This document shows, piece by piece, positions 29,642-39,238 of a stretch of 64,000 nucleotides of DNA. A model generated the notes under the pieces. The model was given only the letters and a program-made list of their open reading frames with translations. It was not told the DNA's origin and made no database searches. Positions within the stretch are counted from its first letter, which is position 1. Each line of letters begins with the position of its first letter. The position numbers and the translations under genes are program-made. Origin of the DNA: an uncultured Acidobacteriota bacterium (lineage in GTDB: Bacteria; Acidobacteriota; Thermoanaerobaculia; Thermoanaerobaculales; Sulfomarinibacteraceae); NCBI GenBank assembly GCA_963727925.1, contig CAVSIS010000040.1, positions 113,936 to 177,935 on the forward strand. Reading direction: 5' to 3'.

Positions 29642-31795
29642 ATGAGCGAGGACTGGATGGCCGCCGCAGCGAGGATTCGCGGACCGCGGGTCAGCGCTCG
29701 CGACCTGTACACGGGGACAGTGCGTGCGGCGATCGTTGCGGCGGTCCTCGCCGCGGCCTGGTCGATCGGCTGGCTGCCCGTTCTCGAGGCCCCGCTCGGC
29801 GACCTCCTGGTGCGCAGTCTGCCGGGTCGCAACCCCCGAGCCGCGGGAGTCGCGGCCGTGGTGATCGACGACCGCACCCTGGACTCTCTCGGCCCGCTCC
29901 CGATCCCCCGCCAGAGCCTTGCGGCAGCGGTGCGCAACCTGACCGGGTCCGGTGCGTCGGGGGTCGCGCTCGACCTGATCCTCGACACCCCCGCCGACGG
30001 CGACGCCGAGCTCGCGGCCGCGTTGTCGAGGGTACCCCACGTACTCGCCGCCGCCTTCGGCGACGACGGCGGCTGGATCTTGCCAGCACCCTCGTTCGGA
30101 AGCGCTCGCCACGCTGCCCATGCGTTCTTCGAGGTCGGTTCCGGCGGGGTCGCCCGCACGCTCATGTCCACCAAGCAAAGGGCCGGCCTCGCACTGCCGG
30201 CGCTGCCCGTCGCGGCTGTCCGACTGCTGCGCCCCGAGCGCCCGGTCGCCCCCGGTGTCGAGCTCCGACCCGTGTTCCGGCCCGCCCCTTCCGAGGTCCC
30301 GTCCGTCTCGATGCTCGACCTCCTCTCCTCGCCATCGGACCCCGCGCTGTGGCGGGGCCGGGTGGTCTTCATCGGCCTGTCCGCGACCGGAGCCGGCGAC
30401 CGCGCGGTGGTTCCCACCGGCCGCCGCGGCCAACCCGAACCCGGCGTGTTGGTCCACGCCTCGGCCGCCGCGTCGCTGTTCGCCGGTCGGCTGCTCGCGG
30501 GCCCAAACCTCCTGAGCCTCGCACTCGGCGCCTTCACTGTGGCCTTCGTGGGCGACCTCTTGCGCAGCGCGCTCGGCAGCTTTCGCCTCTGGCTGCCGGT
30601 CGGCCTGGGTGCGGTGGTGGTCGCCACCGCCGTTGCCGCCGTTTCGACGCCCGGCGTGCTCCTCCCCGTCGGTTCAATGGTCCTCGCCGTGCCGCTCACA
30701 GCACTGCTCCGCGAAGGGACCGAAGCCCGCGCGACCGACCGTGACGCGACCCGCCAGCTCGAGGCGCTGGTCGCCGCGGTTGGCACCCCGGCAGACGGCG
30801 CGACCTCCGGCGGGGCCGCCGCGCGCCTTGCCGCCGTGCGCACGCTCCAGGCCGAGCTGAACCGACGCGGCGAGCTCCAACGTGCACTTCTCGAGGGGCT
30901 CGAGGAGGGCGTCGTGCTGTGGGACGCCGACGGTGCGCCGTTGCTTACGAACCTTGCTTGGCAGCGGCTGTGGGGCGCGACCCCATCGGCGGCAGAGCTG
31001 ACTCCAGGCCTGGTCGTGCGGAACGGCCGTTTCCTGCAGCTGGCGACCACCGACCTCGGCAGTCGCCGGCTCGGCCTGGTGCGCGACGTCACCGCGGACC
31101 ACCGGCTCGAGGTTCGCAAGCGCGAGATGCAGCGGCTGGTGTCGCACGAGCTGCGGACGCCGCTCGCCTCGGTCGCCGGGCTCGCCGACATGCTCGGCCG
31201 CTACGAGCTCGACCGCACCGAGCAGCAGCGCGTTGCAGACCTGATCGGCGGGGAGGCACGCCGCCTGGTCGAGATGACCGGCACCTTCCTCGACCTCGAG
31301 CGCCTCTCGGGAGGCGGATGGCCGGACGATCGTACCGTCGTCGACCTTGCGCAGCTGGCCGCGGGACGCTGTGAGGTCCTCTCCGCAGCCGCGGCGACTC
31401 GCGGCCAGACGCTGTCCGTCGACGCCTCCGCGCCCATCCCGGTCAGCGGCACCGCCGCGTTGCTCGAGCGCGTGGTGGACAACTTGGTCGGCAACGCGCT
31501 CAAGTTCTCGCCCGACGGGTCGATCATCGAGGTCCGTGTCTGGCGCCGGGCGGGCGACGTCCGGCTCGAGGTCTCGGACTGCGGTCCGGGAATCCCAGAG
31601 GAGGCGCGCGGTCGGCTCTTCGAGAGGTTCTACCGGGTTCCGGGCTCATCGGTCGGGGGCAGTGGTCTCGGCCTCGCCTTCGTCCGCGAGGCGGTCCAGT
31701 GGCACGGCGGCCGGGTGGACGTGACCAGCGAGATCGGCCGCGGCAGCACCTTCTCGGTCGAGCTGCCGGCGGCCGGAGGGGACGGCATCGCATGA
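29642..31795 (+). CDS. CHASE2-domain sensor histidine kinase
   Basis: The N-terminal TM and periplasmic region carry GVAAVVIDDRTLDSLGPLPIPR (CHASE2-like). Several TM helices follow. The H-box is SHELRTPLASV and the ATPase boxes are GNALKFS and GSGLGLAF. Confidence 0.86.
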   Translation: MSEDWMAAAARIRGPRVSARDLYTGTVRAAIVAAVLAAAWSIGWLPVLEAPLGDLLVRSLPGRNPRAAGVAAVVIDDRTLDSLGPLPIPRQSLAAAVRNLTGSGASGVALDLILDTPADGDAELAAALSRVPHVLAAAFGDDGGWILPAPSFGSARHAAHAFFEVGSGGVARTLMSTKQRAGLALPALPVAAVRLLRPERPVAPGVELRPVFRPAPSEVPSVSMLDLLSSPSDPALWRGRVVFIGLSATGAGDRAVVPTGRRGQPEPGVLVHASAAASLFAGRLLAGPNLLSLALGAFTVAFVGDLLRSALGSFRLWLPVGLGAVVVATAVAAVSTPGVLLPVGSMVLAVPLTALLREGTEARATDRDATRQLEALVAAVGTPADGATSGGAAARLAAVRTLQAELNRRGELQRALLEGLEEGVVLWDADGAPLLTNLAWQRLWGATPSAAELTPGLVVRNGRFLQLATTDLGSRRLGLVRDVTADHRLEVRKREMQRLVSHELRTPLASVAGLADMLGRYELDRTEQQRVADLIGGEARRLVEMTGTFLDLERLSGGGWPDDRTVVDLAQLAAGRCEVLSAAAATRGQTLSVDASAPIPVSGTAALLERVVDNLVGNALKFSPDGSIIEVRVWRRAGDVRLEVSDCGPGIPEEARGRLFERFYRVPGSSVGGSGLGLAFVREAVQWHGGRVDVTSEIGRGSTFSVELPAAGGDGIA

Positions 31796-33150
31796 CGGCC
31801 TCGATCCTGGTGGTCGACGACGACCTCGCCCTGCGCGAGATGATGACCATGACGCTTGCCAAGGAGGGCTATGACGTGATCCCGGCCGGGAGCGCCGCCG
31901 CCGCGCGCGACGCCCTCGCGACCGGTGCCTTCGACCTGGTCGTGACCGACATCTACCTCGGCGACGGAACCGGCATCGACCTCCTCGCTGCGTGCCGGGA
32001 GTTCGCGCCCGCCGCCAAGGTCATCCTGGTCACCGCCCACGGTACGGTCGAGACGGCGGCGACGGCGCAGGCCTCCGGGGTCTTCGACTACCTGGCCAAG
32101 CCGTTCTCCCTCGAGCGTCTCCTCGAGCGGGTCGGGGCCGCCCTCGCCCGCCGCCCGGATCGCCCGGCGCCGGTCAGCCTCGGTCCGGAGTCGATGATCA
32201 TCGGAAATGACCCGACGATCGTCGAGGTCTACAAGGCCGTGGCCCGGATCGCGCCGCGTCCGGTCCCAGTGCTCATCCGGGGAGAGACCGGCACCGGCAA
32301 GGAGTTGGTCGCCCGCGCCCTACACCGCTTCGGCGCCAACCCAGAGGGTCCGTTTGTCGCCATCAACTGCGGCGCGATCCCGGAGAACCTGCTCGAAAGC
32401 GAGCTCTTCGGCCACCGCCGGGGGGCATTTACCGGCGCCGTCGCCGACAATAAGGGGGCGATAGAGGCCGCGCGCAACGGCACCCTGCTGCTCGACGAGG
32501 TCGGCGAGCTGCCGCCGCTGCTCCAGGTCAAGCTGTTGCGTTTCCTCCAGTCCGGCGAGGTGCGCGCGGTCGGTGCCGAGCGCGGCCTCGAGGTGCCGGT
32601 GAGGGTCGTCGCCGCGACCCACCGCGACCTCGCGAGGGAAGCCGCCGCCGGGAGCTTCCGCGAGGACTTCTACTACCGCCTCGCAGCGTTCGAGATCGTG
32701 CTCCCGCCGCTGCGCACCCGCCGCTCGGACATCCCCCGATTGGTGGAGCACTTCCGGCGGCTGTACGCCGAGCGCTTCGGGCTCGCTCACGTGCCCCCGG
32801 CCTCAGCCGAGGTGCTGCGGCTGCTCGAGCCCCGGAGCTGGCCCGGCAACGTCCGCGAGCTCGAAAACGTGGTCCAGCGCGCGATCGTCGACCTTGGTAC
32901 GCTGGCCGACCCCGCGGGCATCGCGCGGATGCTGCGGCCGGAGTCGGCCCAGACGCCCCCGGCAGCTCCCGCGATCGGCGACGACCTCACCCTCGAGGAG
33001 CTCGAGCGGCATCACATCGAGACTGTGCTGAGGCGTGTGGGCGGCCACCGCACGAGGGCGGCCGCGATTCTCGGCATCGAGCGCAAGTCGCTCTACCGTA
33101 AGGCCGAGCGGCTCGGTATTCCGCTCGACCCAAAGGAGGACGAGTCATGA
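31792..33150 (+). CDS. sigma-54-dependent response regulator (NtrC family)
   Basis: The ATG overlaps the kinase stop (ATGA). The receiver domain has DLVVTDIYL. The AAA+ domain has GETGTGKE, the GAFTGA loop and RELENVV. A C-terminal Fis-type HTH is present. Confidence 0.93.
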   Translation: MTASILVVDDDLALREMMTMTLAKEGYDVIPAGSAAAARDALATGAFDLVVTDIYLGDGTGIDLLAACREFAPAAKVILVTAHGTVETAATAQASGVFDYLAKPFSLERLLERVGAALARRPDRPAPVSLGPESMIIGNDPTIVEVYKAVARIAPRPVPVLIRGETGTGKELVARALHRFGANPEGPFVAINCGAIPENLLESELFGHRRGAFTGAVADNKGAIEAARNGTLLLDEVGELPPLLQVKLLRFLQSGEVRAVGAERGLEVPVRVVAATHRDLAREAAAGSFREDFYYRLAAFEIVLPPLRTRRSDIPRLVEHFRRLYAERFGLAHVPPASAEVLRLLEPRSWPGNVRELENVVQRAIVDLGTLADPAGIARMLRPESAQTPPAAPAIGDDLTLEELERHHIETVLRRVGGHRTRAAAILGIERKSLYRKAERLGIPLDPKEDES

Positions 33151-33899
33151 GCTGGAGAGAGGCCCTCGTCGTCGTGGGTGCCGCGGTGCTCCTCGTCGCC
33201 GCCGATCCGGCACCTCGTCCCCAGTCCTTCGACTACGACGTCGTCGCAGTCAAGCGAAAGCTCTTCTGCGAGCGGCCGACCGGTGATGAGCGCCTCGAGG
33301 CTGGGGCCGTCGCCCGATCCGGCGACGTCCTGCGCACGGGCTGGTGGTCGAACGCCCAGCTCGAAGTTGCCCAGCGGGCGAGCCGCTTTCATCTCGGCTC
33401 GAGCACGCGGGTCCGTCTCGGCCACCAGGAGCCGGGCGTGCTGCTCGAAGTTGAGCAGGGCCGGGTCAGAACCGTGTTCGCACCGATGGAAAATGAGACC
33501 GAGCGATTGGTGATCACCCCGTCAGCCGTGCTCGCCGTGCGCGGCACCGAGTACGGGGTGGAGGTGGCGACTAACGGCACGACAACGCTCGCAGTCTTCG
33601 AGGGCGTGGTCGAGGTTACCGACCGCTATCGCGCCGGAGAGACGATCCATGTCAGCGCAGGCCAGTCGACCCGGGTGCAACCGGGGCGACCGCCCGAGAC
33701 GCCGCGCGCACACGGTCTCGATCGCGGCGACTGGGACGCCGGACGTCGGCCGGACACAGGCACCCGCCCCGGCGCCAGCGCATTCGACCCGGGATCGCCC
33801 GGCTCGATGGGAGCACCCGGCGGAAGTCCGGGCCAGCCCGAGTCGGTGGGTTCCCGCCAATCCACCGGCGGCGGCAAGAAAGGTCGCGGCGGCGGGTAA
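33147..33899 (+). CDS. FecR-domain protein
   Basis: The start overlaps the regulator stop (ATGA). It has an N-terminal anchor. TGWWSNAQLEV...RVRL... and VLAVRGTEYGVEV...LAVFEGVVEV resemble the FecR fold. The tail is Gly/Pro-rich. Confidence 0.68.
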   Translation: MSWREALVVVGAAVLLVAADPAPRPQSFDYDVVAVKRKLFCERPTGDERLEAGAVARSGDVLRTGWWSNAQLEVAQRASRFHLGSSTRVRLGHQEPGVLLEVEQGRVRTVFAPMENETERLVITPSAVLAVRGTEYGVEVATNGTTTLAVFEGVVEVTDRYRAGETIHVSAGQSTRVQPGRPPETPRAHGLDRGDWDAGRRPDTGTRPGASAFDPGSPGSMGAPGGSPGQPESVGSRQSTGGGKKGRGGG

Positions 33900-33928
33900 C
33901 CCGACCTCGAACTTGGCCCGGGGACCGG

Positions 33929-35122
33929 TTACTGCGGAGAGGGGCTCGCCGATCGGCGCAGCCTGACCGCTGCCACCAGGGCCACGGCCGAGGCGGCGAG
34001 CATCACGAGCGATCCGGTCCGGTAGGGCCACTGAAAGCCCCAGCGGCCGTAGACCAGCTCGCCCCAGAAAGGTCCCGCGATCCGGCCGAGGCTCGACAGC
34101 CCCTGGTACACACCCATGGTGCCGCCGACCTCGTCCTTGTCGACCAGCTTCGAGACCAGCGACGACAGCGACGGCGAGGTCACGCCCTGGCCCAGTGCGA
34201 GCAGTGCGAGGAAGCCGAGCATTGCTCCCAGACTGCGGCTGTAGGGCAGGAAACCGAGCGCGATCGCGCTCAAGAAAGTGCCGGCCGTGGCCAGCCGGGC
34301 CTCGCCGAAGCGCGCCGCGAGCCGGCCCACCAGGCCGCCCTGCACTACCGCCCCGAGCACCCCCGCGTACACGAAGAGGAAGCTGATCCGGCGGGGGGTG
34401 AGCTCGAATCGGAGCTGGAGGAGCTGGGCGAAGGTGGTCTCGAAGTTGGAAAATGCGAAGATCACGAGAAAGACCATCACCAGGCACAGCGGCAGGATCG
34501 GGTGGGAGAGCGCGTGCTTCAAGCTTCCCACGTCGAGTGGGTGCCGGCGGGCCGCGTGGCGGGCCTCCGGGTCGAGGGTCTCCGGCAACACGACCAGGAC
34601 CAGCAGAAAGGCGATCAAGGAGGCGGTCGCCGCAGCCACGCCGGGCAGCCACGGCCGCACCGCGACCAGGAGTCCGCCGATCGCTGGGCCGAGGATGAAG
34701 CCGAGCCCAAAGGCGGCCCCGATCAGGCCCATGCCGCGGGCGCGGTCCTCGGGACCCGTGATGTCGGCAATCACCGCCTGCGCGGTGGAGATATTGCCGC
34801 CCGACAGGCCGTCGATGACGCGCGAGGCGAACAGCACCACGAACGACCCCGCGAACCCGAACAGCAGGTAGCCGACCGCCGAGCCAGCCAGCGACACCAG
34901 CAGCACCGGGCGGCGTCCCCAGCGGTCGGACAAGCGGCCCAGGATCGGAGCGAACAGGAACTGCATGATCGAGTACGACGCCATGAACAGGCCGAACATC
35001 GCGGGCGACGGCCCAAAACGCTCAGCGTACAGGGGCAGGATCGGGATCACGATCCCGAAGCCCACCAGATCGATGAACACGATCAGGAAGACGATGCCGA
35101 CGGTCGCTCGGTGCTCGCGCAC
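33929..35122 (-). CDS. MFS transporter (TetA/drug-efflux-like)
   Basis: 397 aa with 12 predicted TM helices and the GRLSDRWGRRPVLL MFS signature. Confidence 0.88.
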   Translation of the reverse strand: MREHRATVGIVFLIVFIDLVGFGIVIPILPLYAERFGPSPAMFGLFMASYSIMQFLFAPILGRLSDRWGRRPVLLVSLAGSAVGYLLFGFAGSFVVLFASRVIDGLSGGNISTAQAVIADITGPEDRARGMGLIGAAFGLGFILGPAIGGLLVAVRPWLPGVAAATASLIAFLLVLVVLPETLDPEARHAARRHPLDVGSLKHALSHPILPLCLVMVFLVIFAFSNFETTFAQLLQLRFELTPRRISFLFVYAGVLGAVVQGGLVGRLAARFGEARLATAGTFLSAIALGFLPYSRSLGAMLGFLALLALGQGVTSPSLSSLVSKLVDKDEVGGTMGVYQGLSSLGRIAGPFWGELVYGRWGFQWPYRTGSLVMLAASAVALVAAVRLRRSASPSPQ

Positions 35123-35175
35123 GCCCCTTCACCTCCCCGCGCCGGGAAGCGCGGAGCGGCGATTCTATCTCAGCC

Positions 35176-36612
35176 TCAGCTGCGCCAGAACTCGCGCGAC
35201 ATCGGCGCGAGCAGGGTGAAGACCTCGAGCCGGCCGAGCAGCATCAGCCACGACAGCACCAGCTTCACGGGACCGGGAAAGTGGGCGAAGTTGTCGTAGG
35301 CGCCAACCTCGCCAATGCCGGGACCGACGTTGCCGATCGCGGTCAGTGACGCCGAAACCGCCGTCATCAGGTCGTAGCCGTAGGCCGCCACCACGAAGAC
35401 TCCGATGAGGGAAAGCGCCGCGTAGGCGGTGAGGAAGGCCCAGACGCCCCCGAGCACTGACTCCGGCACCGGAGAGCCTCCGTACTTGACGGGTCGCACC
35501 GCATGCGGGTGAATGAGGCGGTGCACGGTGACACGCAGCGACTTGAACGCGAGCAGCGTACGCAGGCTCTTGACCCCGCCGCCAGTCGACCCGGACATCC
35601 CGCCCAGCACCATCAGAACGAGCAGGACGACCTGCGCGGCCGGCACCCAGAGCTCGAAGTCGGTGGTCACGTAGCCGGTCGTGGTCAGGATCGACGCCGC
35701 CTGGAAGGCCGCAATGCGAACGGTTTCCTCGATTGAACGGCCCGGGCCTGCGGTGAGCACCGCGAGCAGGACCGTTGCGCCGGCCGCGACGGCGAGGAAG
35801 TAGCGCAGCTCGGAGTCGCGAAAGACGTCGCGGAAGCGGCCGGCGAGCAGCCGGTAGTGCAGCACGAAGTTGATGCCGGCCAGGAGCATGAACACGGTGA
35901 TGATCCACTCGACCGAGGCCGAGCCGAGTTCGCCAACCGAGGCGTTGCGGGTCGAGAACCCCCCCGTCGCCAGGGTTGTGAAGCTGTGGCAGAGGGCGTC
36001 GAAGCCGCTCACCCCGGCGAGGCGCAGCGCGAGCCACTCGGCGGCGGTGAGGCCGACATAGATTCCCCACAGGGAGCGGGCGGTCGCTGCGAGGCGCGGG
36101 CGCACCTTGTCCGTCACGGGGCCCGGGACCTCGGCTTTGAACAGCTGCATGCCGCCGATTCCGAGCAGCGGCAAGATCGCGATCGTGAACAGGATGATCC
36201 CCATCCCGCCCAGCCACTGGGTCATCGCACGCCACAGCAACAGCGCGTGCGGAACCACGGTGGTATCGACGATCACCGTCGACCCGGTCGTGGTGAAGCC
36301 CGACACCGCCTCGAAGAAGGCGTCCACGGGGCCCAGCACGCCGCACAGGACGTACGGCATGGCCCCGGCGATCGACACCACGATCCACGCCCCGCCGACC
36401 ACCAGAAAGCCGTCCCGCGGGCGGATCCGACGATCGGCCGTCTGCCCTGCCCTCACCAGCAGAAGACCCGAGCAGACGGCGAAGGCGACCGCCCCGACCC
36501 ATGGCGCCAGGCTCTCACCGAACAGGGCGGCGGCCACCACGGGAACCACCAGGAAACCTGCCGTCAGCAGCAGAAGCCAACCGATCAGGAGCAGGTCGAA
36601 GCGCCGGTTCAC
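35176..36612 (-). CDS. trkH: TrkH-family potassium uptake protein
   Basis: 478 aa with repeated selectivity-filter-like motifs TTTGST, LATGGFS, TTTGYV and GSTGGGVK. Confidence 0.92.
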   Translation of the reverse strand: MNRRFDLLLIGWLLLLTAGFLVVPVVAAALFGESLAPWVGAVAFAVCSGLLLVRAGQTADRRIRPRDGFLVVGGAWIVVSIAGAMPYVLCGVLGPVDAFFEAVSGFTTTGSTVIVDTTVVPHALLLWRAMTQWLGGMGIILFTIAILPLLGIGGMQLFKAEVPGPVTDKVRPRLAATARSLWGIYVGLTAAEWLALRLAGVSGFDALCHSFTTLATGGFSTRNASVGELGSASVEWIITVFMLLAGINFVLHYRLLAGRFRDVFRDSELRYFLAVAAGATVLLAVLTAGPGRSIEETVRIAAFQAASILTTTGYVTTDFELWVPAAQVVLLVLMVLGGMSGSTGGGVKSLRTLLAFKSLRVTVHRLIHPHAVRPVKYGGSPVPESVLGGVWAFLTAYAALSLIGVFVVAAYGYDLMTAVSASLTAIGNVGPGIGEVGAYDNFAHFPGPVKLVLSWLMLLGRLEVFTLLAPMSREFWRS

Positions 36613-36617
36613 TCCCG

Positions 36618-37967
36618 CTACCCTTCCAGGTACGGGTCCAGGCGCGCCGCGGTCTGGGTGGTGGTGATGATCAGCACGCGGTCACCCGGTTCGACCCGAT
36701 GGCTGCCGGCCGGAACCACGATCCCGCCGTCGTGCTCAACAGCTGCCACCAGCGCACCGCGCGGCAGCCCGAGTTCGGCGAGCGGAGACCGGACCAGGCG
36801 GCAGCCCGGGCCCGCAACCGCCTCGATCACCTCGACCTCGTCGTCGAGCAGGGCCGCGACCGCCGTCACCCTGCCGCGGCGGGCGAACTGCAGGGCGAGG
36901 CCGACTGCGAGCAGCCGCGGCGAGATCACGGCGTCAATGCCGACCTCGCCGATGAGCCCGGCCAGGGCCGGGTTGTCGACCAGGGCGTAGGTGTGGGCCG
37001 CGCCGAGCCGGCGCGCGAGCAGGCAGGCGACCAGGTTTTCCTCGTGATCGTCGGTGGCGGCGACGAAACCCTCGACGCGGTCCGCACCCTCCTCTTCGAG
37101 CAGCTCGCGGCTGGTGCACGATCCATGCACCACCAGCGTCGAGGCGAGCCTTCCAGCGGCGTCCTCGCAGGCCTCGCGCCGGCTGTCGAACAGGGTGACC
37201 CGGACGCCGGTGGCCTCGAGCCGACTGGCGAGCTCAACGCCGATGCGGGTCGCCCCGGCGATCATCACGCGTCGGTCGGACCCACGGGCAAGACCCAACA
37301 GCGCGAGGACGTTCTCCATCTCCCCCGGGTCCATCGCGAAGTACACCAGGTCGCCGGCGCGGATCTCGTCCTCGCCGTGCGGGATCAGCCAGCGTCCCTC
37401 GCGCCGGACCGCGACAACCAGCATCGGCGTGGCCGGGAAGAGGAGTTTCAGGTGCGACAGCAGCAGGCCGCTGAACTCGCTCGTGGCGCGCACGGTGAAA
37501 CCGGCGACGAGCAGACGTTCGTCGAAGAACGGCACCACGTCGAGGGAGCCCGGCACGGCCATCAGGGACAGGATCCGCTCTACCGCGGCAAGGTCCGGGT
37601 TGATCGCCAGCCGCTCCCCACCGAGGTCGGCCGCGATCGTCCGAAAGCTGTCCTCGTGCCCGGGGTCGCGCAGGCGCGCCACCACCCGCGGCACTTTGAA
37701 CAGGGCCGCGCCGACCAGCGCGACGACCATGTTGGCTTCGTCGGAGTTGGTCGTGGCGAGCAGCAGCTCGCACTGCTCAATTCCGGCCCGGCGCAGCACC
37801 GGAACCGTCGCCCCATTGCCGGCGATGGTCTGCACGTCGAGGTGCTCGTCGAGCTCTCGCACGAGGTTGCGGTCGTGCTCCACCAGGGTCACGTCGTGTC
37901 CGTCGCTGGCGAGCTTGGCCGCGAGCGACGAGCCAACCAGCCCGCCGCCCACCACGATGACTCGCAC
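36618..37967 (-). CDS. trkA: Trk system NAD-binding subunit TrkA
   Basis: GTG start giving VRVIVVGGGLVGSSLA. A second Rossmann motif, VMIAGATRIGVELA, is present, giving a two-RCK architecture. The gene lies 5 nt upstream of trkH. Confidence 0.9.
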   Translation of the reverse strand: MRVIVVGGGLVGSSLAAKLASDGHDVTLVEHDRNLVRELDEHLDVQTIAGNGATVPVLRRAGIEQCELLLATTNSDEANMVVALVGAALFKVPRVVARLRDPGHEDSFRTIAADLGGERLAINPDLAAVERILSLMAVPGSLDVVPFFDERLLVAGFTVRATSEFSGLLLSHLKLLFPATPMLVVAVRREGRWLIPHGEDEIRAGDLVYFAMDPGEMENVLALLGLARGSDRRVMIAGATRIGVELASRLEATGVRVTLFDSRREACEDAAGRLASTLVVHGSCTSRELLEEEGADRVEGFVAATDDHEENLVACLLARRLGAAHTYALVDNPALAGLIGEVGIDAVISPRLLAVGLALQFARRGRVTAVAALLDDEVEVIEAVAGPGCRLVRSPLAELGLPRGALVAAVEHDGGIVVPAGSHRVEPGDRVLIITTTQTAARLDPYLEG

Positions 37968-37969
37968 CG

Positions 37970-38485
37970 TCAGCCCCCGGCGGACACGCCCAGTGAGAAG
38001 GCGGCGCGCACCGTCGCGACCCGAACGCCGCTCACCTCGACTGGCGCCGCCACCTCGAGCTCGCCGCCCGCCGCCGGTCCGAGAACCGTCGGCTCGCGCA
38101 CCGCCATTGCCTTGAGCGCGGCGGCGTCGTCGAGTCGCCGCCCGCGCCAACGCAGGTCGGTGGATGACAGCACTTCGCCCGAAGGGTCGAGGACAATCAC
38201 ACCGACGAGACGGTCACCGCGCACCGCTTCGGCGAGCATGGCATCGACGGCCGAGGTGTCGCCGCGACCGACAGGGTCCGCGACCGCCAGGGCCAGGACC
38301 CGGGTGGTGTCCCGTGCGAGCTGCTCGGACGCGGCCGCAGCCTGTGCCCGAGCCTCGTCCGCAGCCCCGCTGGACGCGGTCCGGACGGCTTCGAGCGCGG
38401 CCGCATGCTGCCGCTGCAGGAGCAGGTAGCCGACACCCGCGGCGGCGAGAACGAGCACCAGCAGGACAGCCAGAAACCTCTGCAT
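37970..38485 (-). CDS. hypothetical membrane-anchored protein (171 aa)
   Basis: MQRFLAVLLVLVLAAAGVGYLLL is the anchor. The stop lies 2 nt before the trkA GTG. I recognise no family. Confidence 0.5.
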   Translation of the reverse strand: MQRFLAVLLVLVLAAAGVGYLLLQRQHAAALEAVRTASSGAADEARAQAAAASEQLARDTTRVLALAVADPVGRGDTSAVDAMLAEAVRGDRLVGVIVLDPSGEVLSSTDLRWRGRRLDDAAALKAMAVREPTVLGPAAGGELEVAAPVEVSGVRVATVRAAFSLGVSAGG

Positions 38486-38523
38486 GGGAGCCTCCCCGGG
38501 CAGTCTACCGTCCCCAGGAAGAA

Positions 38524-38670
38524 AACCACAGAGACACAGAGTCACAGAGGAAGAGAACAGAAACCAGCCGCCCACCCGGAGGTGCCGGGCTTCGGCCTCA
38601 AGCAGAACATGAGCCCGAAGCCCGGCACTGGGAGGGCAGGGCTCTTTTGTGTCCCTCTGTGCTCTCCGTG
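38524..38670. repeat. REP/MITE-like palindromic element, copy C
   Basis: The termini are AACCACAGAGACACAGAGTCACAGAGG ... CCTCTGTGCTCTCCGTGTCTCTGTGGTG. The subterminal segments are CCCACCCGGAG / GGGAGGGCAGG. The central 14-bp stem is GTGCCGGGCTTCGG / CCGAAGCCCGGCAC. It is intergenic, between two minus-strand genes. Confidence 0.7.
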
Positions 38671-38683
38671 TCTCTGTGGTGAT

Positions 38684-39091
38684 TCACGGCCTGGCGCCGT
38701 CCGCGATCCAGCGGCGGATCAGCTCGAGCTCGCGATCGGGCAGCTTGCGTACCCCGAACAGCGAGCGCGGCATGCCGCTGCCGACGTCGGCGCGGTCGGT
38801 GAGCTTGAGCCACATGTAGGACGCCTCGGGGTCGCCCGGGACCACCAGCTTCATTTCAGGAACCTGGACCGACGGACGTTCCACGAGCTGTCCGTACCCG
38901 ATGCCGCGCTCGAGCACCAGGTGGGCTTTCGGATCGTCGGCCGTATGGCAGCTGACACAGCGCTTCAAGACCAGGTTCTCGACGTCGGCGGCGTAGCTGA
39001 GCGGCGCATCGCCCGCGCCGGTCGGAGCGAGGCAGGCGAGCAGCAGCGGCAGGGCAACGACCGTGAGGACGGTCAGGGAGCGTCGACGCAT
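38684..39091 (-). CDS. secreted c-type cytochrome domain protein (PSCyt1-like)
   Basis: Signal peptide MRRRSLTVLTVVALPLLLACLA. It has the single haem motif CVSCH, followed by VVPGDPEASYMWLKL...MP...LPDRELELIRRWIADGA, as in planctomycete-type cytochrome C domains. Confidence 0.68.
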   Translation of the reverse strand: MRRRSLTVLTVVALPLLLACLAPTGAGDAPLSYAADVENLVLKRCVSCHTADDPKAHLVLERGIGYGQLVERPSVQVPEMKLVVPGDPEASYMWLKLTDRADVGSGMPRSLFGVRKLPDRELELIRRWIADGARP

Positions 39092-39238
39092 CGTGCAGGG
39101 CTCCTTCAGAGCGGTGAACCCGCCCCCCGTTGAACACGGCCGGTGCTGCGAGAATTGCGGCGTTCTCCCGCAGCTCGACCTGGGCTCGACAAGACGCTGC
39201 GCGGTCTCCGCGCTAAACTCTCTGACCGGAGCGAATGG

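Noticed and set aside
28263-31191. Minus-strand ORFs 28263..29615 (450 aa) and 29185..31191 (668 aa)
   Set aside because: They are antisense to the DUF2202 gene and the CHASE2 histidine kinase. They are low-complexity Arg/Ser/Ala/Pro translations.
36501-38429. 642-aa plus-strand ORF
   Set aside because: It is antisense to trkA and the adjacent anchored protein. trkA shows two clear Rossmann motifs on the minus strand.
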